A DNA stretch of 64,000 nt, taken from Calditrichia bacterium (GTDB lineage Bacteria > Calditrichota > Calditrichia > JAJRVZ01). Made by a program: the position numbers and the translations under genes. Below the pieces are notes generated by a model. That model saw only the letters and a program-made list of their open reading frames with translations. It was not told the origin of the DNA and ran no database searches. Shown here in pieces: positions 55,084 through 64,000 of the stretch (position 1 is the stretch's first letter; the number at the start of each line of letters is the position of its first letter). Where the stretch lies: NCBI GenBank assembly GCA_963796965.1, contig CAWCNS010000016.1:160001-224000 (forward strand), in the 5' to 3' direction.

Positions 55084-55347
55084 CTCAGATTTATTCCTTC
55101 CTATCAAGCCTCGGCTTAAAATTATTTGCACTTAAATACTTAAATATCTTATATTAATACCACTTAAATTACTTTTTTCATACCACGAAGACACCAAAAC
55201 ACAAGACTTTATTGTTTTCAAAATACAACTTATTAAAATCAATATTTCAAACTGATAGCAATAATAAATTATTAAGTCGGTGGTTTTAGGGTGCGATTTA
55301 ATGTATTGGTGAGAAACCTTTCAATCAAATGAAGAATAATTAATATT

Positions 55348-56496
55348 ATGGCAGCCGAAAAAAATCAAAAAATTTTAATTGTTGAGGATAACCAGGAAAA
55401 TATAGATCTTCTGGTTTATTTTTTGCGGCCTCAGGGCTACGAACTGGTTACCGCCAAAGACGGTTTAAGTGCTTTGGAAAGAGTTGACGAGGGGCATCCG
55501 GATATTATTTTACTGGATATTATGCTTCCCAAGATGGATGGTTACGAGGTCTGCGAAAGATTAAAAAACAGACCAGATACAAAATTTATCCCAATTATCA
55601 TGTTGACTGCCTTGAAGGAATTGCAGGATAAGGTGAAAGCCTTAGAGGTAGGCGCTGATGATTTTCTTTCCAAACCCTTCGAAAATGTAGAATTACTTGC
55701 CCGGGTAAAATCTTTACTCCGTCTCAAACAATATCATGACGAGTTGCAATATAAAAATAAAGAATTAGCAGGAAAAAATGCTTCACTTTTGCGTATGGAT
55801 AAGTTCAAAGAGGATCTTATCAACCTGATCGTCCATGACATGAAGAATCCTTTATTCGTTATCCAGGGTAATCTCCAAATGATGTCAATGTCCATGCAAA
55901 ACCTCTCTGCTGAATTTCTAAAAAAGTATACCCAGCGTATTGAGCGAAGTAGCCAACAATTGCTAAGAATGGTTGTAAATCTCCTGGATATATCCAGGAT
56001 TGAAGAAGGAACTATTAAACTTAAAGAAGACAATGCCAGTCTCAATGATATTATAAAAGAAATCGCTTTACGTATCAGTGATTATCCTGAAAATGAACAA
56101 AAACAAATTGTAATCGATCTTGATTCTGATTTGCCGGAAATTAAAGCAGATAAGTCAATTATTGAGAGAGTTTTGGAGAATATTATTAATTTTTCTGTTA
56201 CAAATGTTGATGATGAAGGGAAAATCCTTATCTCCACTTCCACGCGCGGATCTGAACATGTACAATTTATAGCCCACGATAGCGGTACACAAATTCCTAA
56301 AAACTATCACGATAAAATTTTTGAAAAATTTTCCCAGGCAGAAATTAAAGATAGTGGATCCCGTGTTGACCGGGCCCTTGGGTTAACATTCTGTAAACTT
56401 GCAGTAGAGGCTCATAAGGGAAACATGTGGTTGGATCTCGAGAATAAGATCGGTAATAAATTCATAATTGAACTTCCTTTATCCATAAATAGCTAA
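55348..56496 (+). CDS. REC-HisKA-HATPase hybrid protein with degenerate ATPase boxes
   Basis: IVEDN, LLDIMLP, SKPF receiver; HDMKNPL H-box; HATPase-like C-terminus. Confidence 0.88.
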   Translation: MAAEKNQKILIVEDNQENIDLLVYFLRPQGYELVTAKDGLSALERVDEGHPDIILLDIMLPKMDGYEVCERLKNRPDTKFIPIIMLTALKELQDKVKALEVGADDFLSKPFENVELLARVKSLLRLKQYHDELQYKNKELAGKNASLLRMDKFKEDLINLIVHDMKNPLFVIQGNLQMMSMSMQNLSAEFLKKYTQRIERSSQQLLRMVVNLLDISRIEEGTIKLKEDNASLNDIIKEIALRISDYPENEQKQIVIDLDSDLPEIKADKSIIERVLENIINFSVTNVDDEGKILISTSTRGSEHVQFIAHDSGTQIPKNYHDKIFEKFSQAEIKDSGSRVDRALGLTFCKLAVEAHKGNMWLDLENKIGNKFIIELPLSINS

Positions 56497-56866
56497 ATCA
56501 ATATATTACGCACTCCTTGAAATCTTCCAGACGCGATAAAATCGCGTGCTTATAATTATTTAATCTTCACTAATACGCCTGATGTCGTTATCATTTCAGA
56601 TTAGAATAATTTTCCTCAGCTACTCTTCATAATCATGATTTGTATTTGATAAGATCAAAAATGCTCGGTCAGTATTATAGTGAGACACAAATTTGAGTAT
56701 TTGTACTATGGGGTGAATTAGAACTTCGATCGATCTGGTATTTCACAGATTTTTCGCACTATCTAAGTCGCTACTATTTGAAAGAATTATTGTTTTTGAA
56801 ATTTTATACCTGGGAAAGAAAAGGAACAAATTTAATAATATTCGGTAAAAACATTTAATAGAATGT

Positions 56867-56893
56867 TAAAGTTTAATAAGCCAGCACCGATTA
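56867..56893 (+). promoter_or_regulatory. Putative sigma-28 promoter of the FlgM-like ORF
   Basis: TAAAGTTT-N11-ACCGATTA; perfect extended -35. Confidence 0.75.
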
Positions 56894-56931
56894 TAAAAAT
56901 GTAATCTTTGAATTTTAGTTGTATAAAAGAA

Positions 56932-57093
56932 ATGAAAAAAGATAAAATGATTAAAAATGAAACCCCAGATTCCTTCGAGGATCAGAAATTAGATTTAATC
57001 CGCTTAAGGATAAAAAATGGATATTATAAAAATCATCATATTTTGGAAAATGTTGTAAAGGAAATACTAAACAAAGAGATAAAACGAAAATAG
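56932..57093 (+). CDS. Small protein resembling the FlgM anti-sigma-28 C-terminal region
   Basis: QKLDLIRLRIKNGYY...ILENVVKEIL resembles FlgM KV..IK..I..G.Y pattern; sigma-28 promoter upstream; 1.9 kb from fliA. Confidence 0.55.
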   Translation: MKKDKMIKNETPDSFEDQKLDLIRLRIKNGYYKNHHILENVVKEILNKEIKRK

Positions 57094-57302
57094 ATTTTAA
57101 ATTTTACCGATTGATTATCTATCTGCAAAAACATTCTTAACCGCAGTAAAACTTAATATAACCCACTTTTTACTTGACTTTTAGACTACCATTTGGGAAA
57201 TTTACGCATTCCACAATTGAATTGCTTATTTATTCAAAGTTATCTAAATCATCTGAAATTAATTACAAAAACAATTCAAATTCACTTATAGGAGGATTCT
57301 TA

Positions 57303-57575
57303 ATGAGCAAGCAAGAACTAGTAAACTTTATCGCTGATCAGGCAGGTTTGTCAAAAAAAGATGCAGAGGCAGCCTTAGCAGGATTTGTTGATGGTGTAAA
57401 ATCATCTCTAAAAAAAGGTGACAGTGTTACTTTGGTTGGTTTTGGCACATTTTCCGTTAGTCACCGTGGTGCCCGCACAGGAAGAAATCCGCAGACCGGT
57501 GCAACGATTAATATACCTGCCCGTAAAGCGCCAGTATTTAAGGCTGGTAAAGCCCTTAAAGAAGCTGTAAACTAA
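57303..57575 (+). CDS. hup: DNA-binding protein HU
   Basis: [45 protein letters not shown]. Confidence 0.97.
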   Translation: MSKQELVNFIADQAGLSKKDAEAALAGFVDGVKSSLKKGDSVTLVGFGTFSVSHRGARTGRNPQTGATINIPARKAPVFKAGKALKEAVN

Positions 57576-57577
57576 AT

Positions 57578-57604
57578 AAAAGGGCGGTATAACCGCCCTT
57601 TTTT
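57578..57604 (+). terminator. Intrinsic terminator after hup
   Basis: AAAAGGGCGGT-ATA-ACCGCCCTTTTTT. Confidence 0.9.
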
Positions 57605-57628
57605 ATTTGACTTAACCCTACAAACCCC

Positions 57629-59167
57629 ATGCACAGACAACCCACCAGGAAGGTATCGGTTAGTAAGTATCTGTTAATTATTTTAATAACCTTTATTGTT
57701 TGTGTCTTTGGTTGTACTTCCACATCTAAAGTTGCTCCTCATTCAGTTAATATATCGAATTTAGATGCGCTTTCAGCAAAAATCACTTCTCTTATATCAG
57801 ATCCTCGTCTTTTCAATGCTCAGGTCGGCGTATATATTGAATCTGTTGACTATGGTGAAACTATTTATTCTCAAAATGAGCATAAATTATTTATATCTGC
57901 TTCAAATATGAAGATTTTTACAACGGCAACGGCATTACTCCGTTTCGGACCGGATTTTAGATATAAAACAGCGGTGTTTACTAATAGCACGATTAAAGGC
58001 GGTGTCTTGGAAGGCGATCTTATCGTTAGGGGGAAGGGAGATCCGACAATTGCACCAAGGTTTAGCGGTGGTGACCCGCTAACATTTTTTCGTTCCTGGG
58101 CAGATAGTTTAATTGATAAAGGAATTACTGTTATTAATGGTGATATCGTTGGGGATGAATCCTATTTTCAGACGGATCGGCTTGGATATGGTTGGCAATG
58201 GGATGATGAACCCTTTTGGTATTCTGCCCAAATTAGTGCATTATCTTTTAATGACAATTGTATTGATGTAACAGTGACGTCTAATAAAAATTCAGGGGAA
58301 CCCCCACTGGTAACTTTATCACCACCAACAAAATATTTCACTATTGAGAACCAGGCTTTAACGGTTGACCCGGATTCTACCCGCACATTATTTTTAACCC
58401 GTCCCCGGATGCAAAATGTACTACTTGTCCAGAACCATATTCCCCGGAATAAACCAAAATATTTAGAGTCAATTTCGGTTGATGATCCAGCAAGATACTT
58501 TGTCTTTGTGCTCAAGGAAGTGCTTGAGGAAAAGGGCATAGAAGTAAGGGGGACTATAAAAACTAACAGACAAAAAGGGTATTATCAATATGATCAATTG
58601 TCGCGTCTATTTACCCATCAGTCACCACCTATGACCGAGATAATAAAGGTTGTGAATAAACGAAGCCAAAATCTCTATGCTGAACAGCTTTTAATTACAC
58701 TCGCCGCTGAATACGGTACAGAGGCCACAGCAGATGAGGGGGTTCAGGTGGTAAACAGTACTCTTTCTGCTATGGGTATTTCAACCGGTGAATTTCTTAT
58801 GCATGATGGGTCAGGGCTTTCACGCGTTAATCTTATTTCTCCATACAGTGTTGGATTGCTTCTGCGTTATATGTCTAAAAGTGACTATTTCCCATATTTT
58901 CATGATTCACTCCCCATCGGTGGGGTAGATGGTTCTTTGCGTCGCAGAATGGTTGAAACCCCGGCACAGGGTCGGGTAAATGCCAAGACCGGCTATGTTG
59001 GACATGTACGCAATCTTTCAGGGTATGCCACGTCGCTTGATGAAGAAACCTTTATATTCTCAATTTTAGTAAATAACTATCTGATTCCGACCTCAGCTAT
59101 AAATCTTCTCCAGGATCGAATTTGTATTGTACTTGCAAATTTTAGCCGTTCCCAATCCGTTCGCTAA
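57629..59167 (+). CDS. dacB: D-Ala-D-Ala carboxypeptidase/endopeptidase (PBP4, S13), probable lipoprotein
   Basis: ASNMK, GDP, SQN, DGSGLSR, AKTG; VFGC lipobox-like. Confidence 0.93.
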   Translation: MHRQPTRKVSVSKYLLIILITFIVCVFGCTSTSKVAPHSVNISNLDALSAKITSLISDPRLFNAQVGVYIESVDYGETIYSQNEHKLFISASNMKIFTTATALLRFGPDFRYKTAVFTNSTIKGGVLEGDLIVRGKGDPTIAPRFSGGDPLTFFRSWADSLIDKGITVINGDIVGDESYFQTDRLGYGWQWDDEPFWYSAQISALSFNDNCIDVTVTSNKNSGEPPLVTLSPPTKYFTIENQALTVDPDSTRTLFLTRPRMQNVLLVQNHIPRNKPKYLESISVDDPARYFVFVLKEVLEEKGIEVRGTIKTNRQKGYYQYDQLSRLFTHQSPPMTEIIKVVNKRSQNLYAEQLLITLAAEYGTEATADEGVQVVNSTLSAMGISTGEFLMHDGSGLSRVNLISPYSVGLLLRYMSKSDYFPYFHDSLPIGGVDGSLRRRMVETPAQGRVNAKTGYVGHVRNLSGYATSLDEETFIFSILVNNYLIPTSAINLLQDRICIVLANFSRSQSVR

Positions 59168-59343
59168 TTTTCTTAAAACTTCTGATATTGCTATCAAACA
59201 TTTTCATTTTTTATAATCTTTATGTATTATTGTTTCATTAGCTGGTCAAAACCTCTTCATAAAGTGGTTTGCAGATAAACATTTCAGGCAACATATAAAG
59301 AGAATATCCGCTTATTATATTTTCCGTAAAAGGGGAGGCCAAA

Positions 59344-59706
59344 TTGGATCTTAAATCTGATTTCAGAGGTGACTTTTTAATCATAGAAGTAAATAAGAGA
59401 AGAGCTACACTTGATCTCGCACCTGAAATGAGAGAGAAAATCATTTCAGAGATTAATCACGGAAATGGAAAAATTATTGTTAATCTTAGCTATGTTGAAT
59501 TTATTGACAGTTCTTTCTTAGGGTCACTTGTTGCTGGAGTAAAATTGATTAAAGAAAAAGGTGGTAAAATTATCATTGTCGGTCTTCATCCCCATGTTCG
59601 AGTTACTTTCGCACTTACGCATATGGATAAAATTTTTCCGGTTTATATCACTGTTGAAGAGGCAATGCGTAATGAGAGTGAAAATTCCGGGTCATTACCG
59701 GGCTAG
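59344..59706 (+). CDS. STAS-domain anti-sigma factor antagonist
   Basis: VNLSYVEFIDSSFLG phosphoserine motif; GGAGG RBS before TTG. Confidence 0.88.
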   Translation: MDLKSDFRGDFLIIEVNKRRATLDLAPEMREKIISEINHGNGKIIVNLSYVEFIDSSFLGSLVAGVKLIKEKGGKIIIVGLHPHVRVTFALTHMDKIFPVYITVEEAMRNESENSGSLPG

Positions 59707-59768
59707 GACATTACATCATAACTTATCGTTAATAAAGCGCATACTTGCTATCAGAATTAATGGTTTCC

Positions 59769-60305
59769 ATGAAAAAGATCTATAACTTATCTCAAGGAAT
59801 AGTAGAATTAATTGAAGATGATCTCACCAACCTATCTGTTGATGCTATTGTGAATGCGGCTAATTCCCAGCTTGTGCTTGGTGGTGGTGTTGCCGGAGCA
59901 ATTAAACAAAAAGGAGGACCCTCGATCCAGAAGGAATGCGATCTAATTGGGGGAACCTTTGTTGGTGGGGCCGTCTTAACAAACGCGGGGAATTTACCCG
60001 CTCAGTATGTTATTCATGCTGTTGGGCCTAGAAGGGGAGAGGGAGAAGAAGACGACAAATTAAAAAACGCGACTTTAAACTCTCTAATAATTGCTTCAGA
60101 TGCTAAACTAAATATTATTGCTTTTCCCGCTTTAAGTACAGGTATTTTCGGATTTCCGGTTGATCGCTGTGCACGAATCATGATCAATACGGTCGTGGTC
60201 TATTTGCAAACTCATCTTATTCCCCAACGTGTAATATTTTGTTTATGGGGGAGAGAAAATTATGAAGTATTTAGAAAAATGATGGATAAAATAATCAAAA
60301 ACTGA
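59769..60305 (+). CDS. Macro-domain protein (YmdB-like)
   Basis: DDLT, DAIVNAAN, GGGVAGAI, VIHAVGP, AFPALSTGIFGFP. Confidence 0.93.
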   Translation: MKKIYNLSQGIVELIEDDLTNLSVDAIVNAANSQLVLGGGVAGAIKQKGGPSIQKECDLIGGTFVGGAVLTNAGNLPAQYVIHAVGPRRGEGEEDDKLKNATLNSLIIASDAKLNIIAFPALSTGIFGFPVDRCARIMINTVVVYLQTHLIPQRVIFCLWGRENYEVFRKMMDKIIKN

Positions 60306-60319
60306 ATATGACGAGATGC

Positions 60320-61045
60320 TCAGATATTTAGTGATTTTTGAATATATGCTACATTATCTGTAATGACACCATTTACAGAATATTCCAGTACTTTTGTGAG
60401 TATTGGCTCTTCATTAACCGTCCAAACATATAACTCTTTATTGTACTTTTTTGCTTTTTTAACCAGACTATCATTGACAACTCTAAAATGGGGATGCCAG
60501 GCGTCAGTCCAGGTTATTAGATCATAGAAAGTGTGCATCCAGGTCATACGTTGGAATAGATAGCCAGTTTTGATATTTGGGTTAATAAGTTTTATAATCT
60601 GAAGAAGAAATGGATTGAAGCATGAGATCCATACTGAATCCATTAGATCGTGTTTTTTGATTGCATTTATGATTTTATGTGCAAATTTAAAATCAAAAAA
60701 GTGAATCGTTTTAGCATCGAGGTTTATCGGAACCCGTTTACCAAAATGTTCAAAAAAATCATCCAATGTTTCAATATATTGCGGGTTTCCTACTCCCAGA
60801 GATTGTTTGTATGGATAGGTTCTGAGCTGCTCATACGGTGTCCTACCCACGTAACCTTGCATCTCAAACATTCTTTTTAGGGAAAAATCGTGAAATACTA
60901 CAATCTCACCTGTGCTCGTTTGACGGATATCAATTTCGAGCGCATTTGCACCGGCCACAATGGCCTTTTCGCAGGCATCAATGGTATTTTCAATCCCTTT
61001 GGCGCGATCTCCCCTGTGAGCAACTATTAATGGTTGACTAGTCAC
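60320..61045 (-). CDS. Glycerophosphodiester phosphodiesterase
   Basis: AHRG, ENT, EIDI, FHD, VWTVN, GVITD. Confidence 0.92.
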   Translation of the reverse strand: MTSQPLIVAHRGDRAKGIENTIDACEKAIVAGANALEIDIRQTSTGEIVVFHDFSLKRMFEMQGYVGRTPYEQLRTYPYKQSLGVGNPQYIETLDDFFEHFGKRVPINLDAKTIHFFDFKFAHKIINAIKKHDLMDSVWISCFNPFLLQIIKLINPNIKTGYLFQRMTWMHTFYDLITWTDAWHPHFRVVNDSLVKKAKKYNKELYVWTVNEEPILTKVLEYSVNGVITDNVAYIQKSLNI

Positions 61046-62159
61046 TTAATATCTTTTCGTAATAATCAATATACTTAGGAACAATTATTTCAGGTGAGAA
61101 TTTGGAGGTGGCAATTTCCATACCCTGCTTACCCATCTCCTTTGCCAATTTATTGTCTGAGAAAATGACATCGATGGCTTCGGCAAAGCCTTCAATGTCA
61201 CCAATATTCACAGTAAAACCTGTCTTGCCATCAAGGTTAACTTCTGGCAGACCGCCGGCATTTGTGGAGACACATGGAGTACCACAGGCCAGCGCTTCAA
61301 GTGCTACAAGTCCAAAACTTTCCGATTCACTCGGTATTAGGGCAATGTCAGCGATAGATAATAATTCTGAGATATTTTCCTGTTTACCAAGAAAAATAAC
61401 TTTATCACATAAATTTTCATTTCTACATTGCTCTTCTGTTTTATATCGGTCAGGACCATCGCCAACCATCAACATTTTAACTCTATGCTTTTTACTAACT
61501 TTTTTAATTATTGGCACGATATCAGTAACCCGTTTGAGTGAGCGAAAATTTGAAATATGAATTAAAATCTTTTCATCATCGGAGGCAAATCGTTGACGGA
61601 TCTCTTTATTCGTCTTAATTGTGCCGAACTCGAATGGAACAAAATTTGGAATAACTTCAATTTCTTTTTTTGGATTTAAAACTTCAATTGTTTTATTCTT
61701 CAAAAATTCAGAAACTGCTGTAACACCTGAACTTTGTTCGATACTGAATTTTGTAATTTTAAAAAATGAGGGATCCCCGCCTAGTAAAGTTATATCAGTT
61801 CCATGAAGAGTTGTTACAAATCTGATGTTTTTATCTTCTAAAATTTGCCTGGCCAGATATGCACTCGTCGCATGGGGGATAGCATAATGAACATGCATGA
61901 TATCTAATTTTTGAAATTCAAATACTTCGGCCATCTTAGAAGCCAGGGCGAGGCTATAGGGTGGATATTCAAATAAAGGATAATGGATAACTTCAACTTC
62001 ATGAAAAAATATTTTTGAGGCAAAATTTGTCAGACGATAGGGAAGGGCATAAGAAACAAAATGAACCTCGTTGCCTCTCTCGGATAATCTTTTCCCAAGT
62101 TCAGTCGCAACTACACCACTTCCGCCATAAGTCGGATAACAGGTTATTCCAATTCTCAT
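61038..62159 (-). CDS. bshA: N-acetyl-alpha-D-glucosaminyl L-malate synthase
   Basis: GITCYPTYGGSGVVATELG, HVHYAIPHA, TTLHGTDIT, HISNFR, ESFGL. Confidence 0.95.
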   Translation of the reverse strand: MRIGITCYPTYGGSGVVATELGKRLSERGNEVHFVSYALPYRLTNFASKIFFHEVEVIHYPLFEYPPYSLALASKMAEVFEFQKLDIMHVHYAIPHATSAYLARQILEDKNIRFVTTLHGTDITLLGGDPSFFKITKFSIEQSSGVTAVSEFLKNKTIEVLNPKKEIEVIPNFVPFEFGTIKTNKEIRQRFASDDEKILIHISNFRSLKRVTDIVPIIKKVSKKHRVKMLMVGDGPDRYKTEEQCRNENLCDKVIFLGKQENISELLSIADIALIPSESESFGLVALEALACGTPCVSTNAGGLPEVNLDGKTGFTVNIGDIEGFAEAIDVIFSDNKLAKEMGKQGMEIATSKFSPEIIVPKYIDYYEKILSD

Positions 62160-63676
62160 GACGAGGTGGTCATTTCAATTGAGAATTGTTTGACACAGTT
62201 ACGCCCAGCATGCTTGGCAGCATACAATGCTGTATCTGCCTTATAGATAAGATCTGTTGAGTCTTCTGCATCGATAGGCAAAGATGCGGTTCCAACACTG
62301 ACTGAAATCCTGTTCAGAGGTTGTACATCTTCATCAGGGAAGATGGCATCAGCCACATGAGCACGGATACGCTCAGCGAGTATGATGACACCATCGCGTC
62401 CGACACTGGGCAGGATGACGGCAAACTCTTCCCCACCATATCGGGCGACGATATCATTTTCACGTACCGTATCTTTTAAAATATTAGCTAATTGTTTTAA
62501 GACTAAATCACCAGCCTGATGCCCAAGGGTATCATTGTAATTTTTAAAATGATCGACATCGAGAATAATTAGAGAAACACCTTGTTTATTTCTGGTATGT
62601 CTTAGGATCTCTTCTTTAAGTCTCATCTCAAAATAGCGAAAATTATGTAAATCTGTCATACCATCCGTATAGGAAAGCTGAATGACTTCGTCATACAATG
62701 AAGCATTTGATAATGCTGTCGAAACAATATTATTGATTGTTAATAGAATTTCAAGTTCATTCTTTTGATAGGGTTTTTCATTTACCCGCGACCCTAAACA
62801 TATAAGCGCATCTTCCTGATCCCGGACTGTTGTAATGGGAGAAATCAATTCAATGTTGATTTCCGCCAAAGCAGAAGTACCCGAGGACTTCAGGACATAT
62901 TTAGGTAATTTTGTAATAAATTGTGGCGATTGGTTCTTATGCAAATATGAGATGAGTTCGTCACTTTTTTCAATGGTTAAATCCTCTACATCAGCTTTAT
63001 AAAGTCCCTTTGAGTTCAGAACAGAGAGACGCTGTTCATTCTTTTTTGCAGGGTATAAAAATACAGCGCTTTTACAGCTAAATTTTCCGATGAGCGAAAG
63101 CAAAGTTGAGTTTATCAGACGATCTACATCAAGAATAGCATGCAATTCGAGAGAAACATCAAATATATTTCTGAGGTCATAGATTTTCTTTCTTAATTCT
63201 TTATTTTTATCGACAAGATTCTGATTGAGATCATAAATCTGCTTGTTTGCATTTTCAAGCTCGTGGGATTCTTGGCGCAGGTTGTCACTTAGTTGTTTGA
63301 ATCGTAGCGCCGAGTTGATACGTGCAATGAGTTCCTCAAAACTAAACGGTTTAATGATGTAATCATCTGCACCAACCTCAAGCCCCTGGATGACATCTTT
63401 AATCTCACTTTTTGCTGTCAACATCAAGATGGGAATGTATTCATCTAGCCGGCCATTTAGTCGGATTTCTTTTGCGACTTCAATTCCCGAAATACCTGGC
63501 AACATTACATCAAGTAGAATAACATCCGGTTTGGACTGATAATACTTTTTAAGCGCAATTTCACCGCTCATTGCCTCTTCAATCTCGAAGCCCTGTTCAC
63601 GCAAAAACTTGCTTAATACCTGTAGCATTTCCTGATGATCATCGACAATTAGGACCCGGAAAGACGTCTTTTCCAA
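62156..63676 (-). CDS. REC-coiled coil-GAF-GGDEF diguanylate cyclase
   Basis: IVDD, LLDVMLP receiver; TDGMT.L.N.RYF, DVDHFK.YND..GH..GD, I-site REND, RYGGEEF. Confidence 0.93.
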   Translation of the reverse strand: MEKTSFRVLIVDDHQEMLQVLSKFLREQGFEIEEAMSGEIALKKYYQSKPDVILLDVMLPGISGIEVAKEIRLNGRLDEYIPILMLTAKSEIKDVIQGLEVGADDYIIKPFSFEELIARINSALRFKQLSDNLRQESHELENANKQIYDLNQNLVDKNKELRKKIYDLRNIFDVSLELHAILDVDRLINSTLLSLIGKFSCKSAVFLYPAKKNEQRLSVLNSKGLYKADVEDLTIEKSDELISYLHKNQSPQFITKLPKYVLKSSGTSALAEINIELISPITTVRDQEDALICLGSRVNEKPYQKNELEILLTINNIVSTALSNASLYDEVIQLSYTDGMTDLHNFRYFEMRLKEEILRHTRNKQGVSLIILDVDHFKNYNDTLGHQAGDLVLKQLANILKDTVRENDIVARYGGEEFAVILPSVGRDGVIILAERIRAHVADAIFPDEDVQPLNRISVSVGTASLPIDAEDSTDLIYKADTALYAAKHAGRNCVKQFSIEMTTSS

Positions 63677-64000
63677 TTCAGAACCTTCTTTAATATTTTA
63701 GTCTTGTGGATTGATATATGCGAGACAAATCGTTAATTTTCTAAAATTAACAAAAATGATATATTAATACAAGCAATAACCTTAGGTATAAATTGAAACA
63801 AAGTAATATACATTACTATCGACAGGAGCAGGTTTGCAATAAGAGTCGTGAGTAAGTGCTCAATAAGTGAAACATTTTTATTCTTACCGGGTTAAATTAG
63901 ATCTGAAGGATAAAAATCATATATATTTAATGAAATCTCATCCATGGTTGACTCAAATGATATAAGAAATTAAGACAGGATATAAATATGAAGAAGTACA

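Noticed and set aside
57174..57302. N-terminal extension of HU in the ORF track
   Set aside because: AGGAGG RBS and family alignment place the start at ATG 57303
63816..63842. Sigma-54-like or sigma-28-like site upstream of the diguanylate cyclase
   Set aside because: GG-to-GC spacing is 9 rather than 10, and the GTCGATAG -10 has no matching -35 at N11

Overview
AT-rich bacterial chromosome segment of about 55 mostly housekeeping genes. Gene content suggests an FCB-superphylum lineage, possibly Calditrichota-like (inference only). Order: deoxynucleoside kinase-folK-folB, groES-groEL with a perfect CIRCE operator, peptidases/hydrolases, an SPL-like radical SAM enzyme, two MATE exporters, htpG, pyk, bacilliredoxin, pdxA, trpS-scpA-scpB-rluB-cmk-rpsA, a stand-alone mreB paralog, rpoN-hslV-hslU-argF, a small surface-polysaccharide cluster, comF, and a signalling-rich end (sigma-28, REC-kinase, HU, dacB, STAS, macro domain, GDPD, bshA, diguanylate cyclase). 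I saw no rRNA, tRNA, CRISPR array, transposase or prophage. The most interesting signal is an apparent sigma cascade with no flagellar genes in the window. A FliA/WhiG-type sigma-28 gene has a sigma-54 -24/-12 promoter and an upstream palindrome. Three near-consensus sigma-28 promoters precede a tiny FlgM-like ORF, the orphan mreB paralog, and an exported-protein/comF pair. The kinase next to sigma-28 has a degenerate ATP-binding domain. Seven genes (groEL, a quinone-reductase-like gene, yip1, htpG, pyk, rpsA, rpoN) carry frameshifts that are probably sequencing errors, and most of these sit at AGCT.
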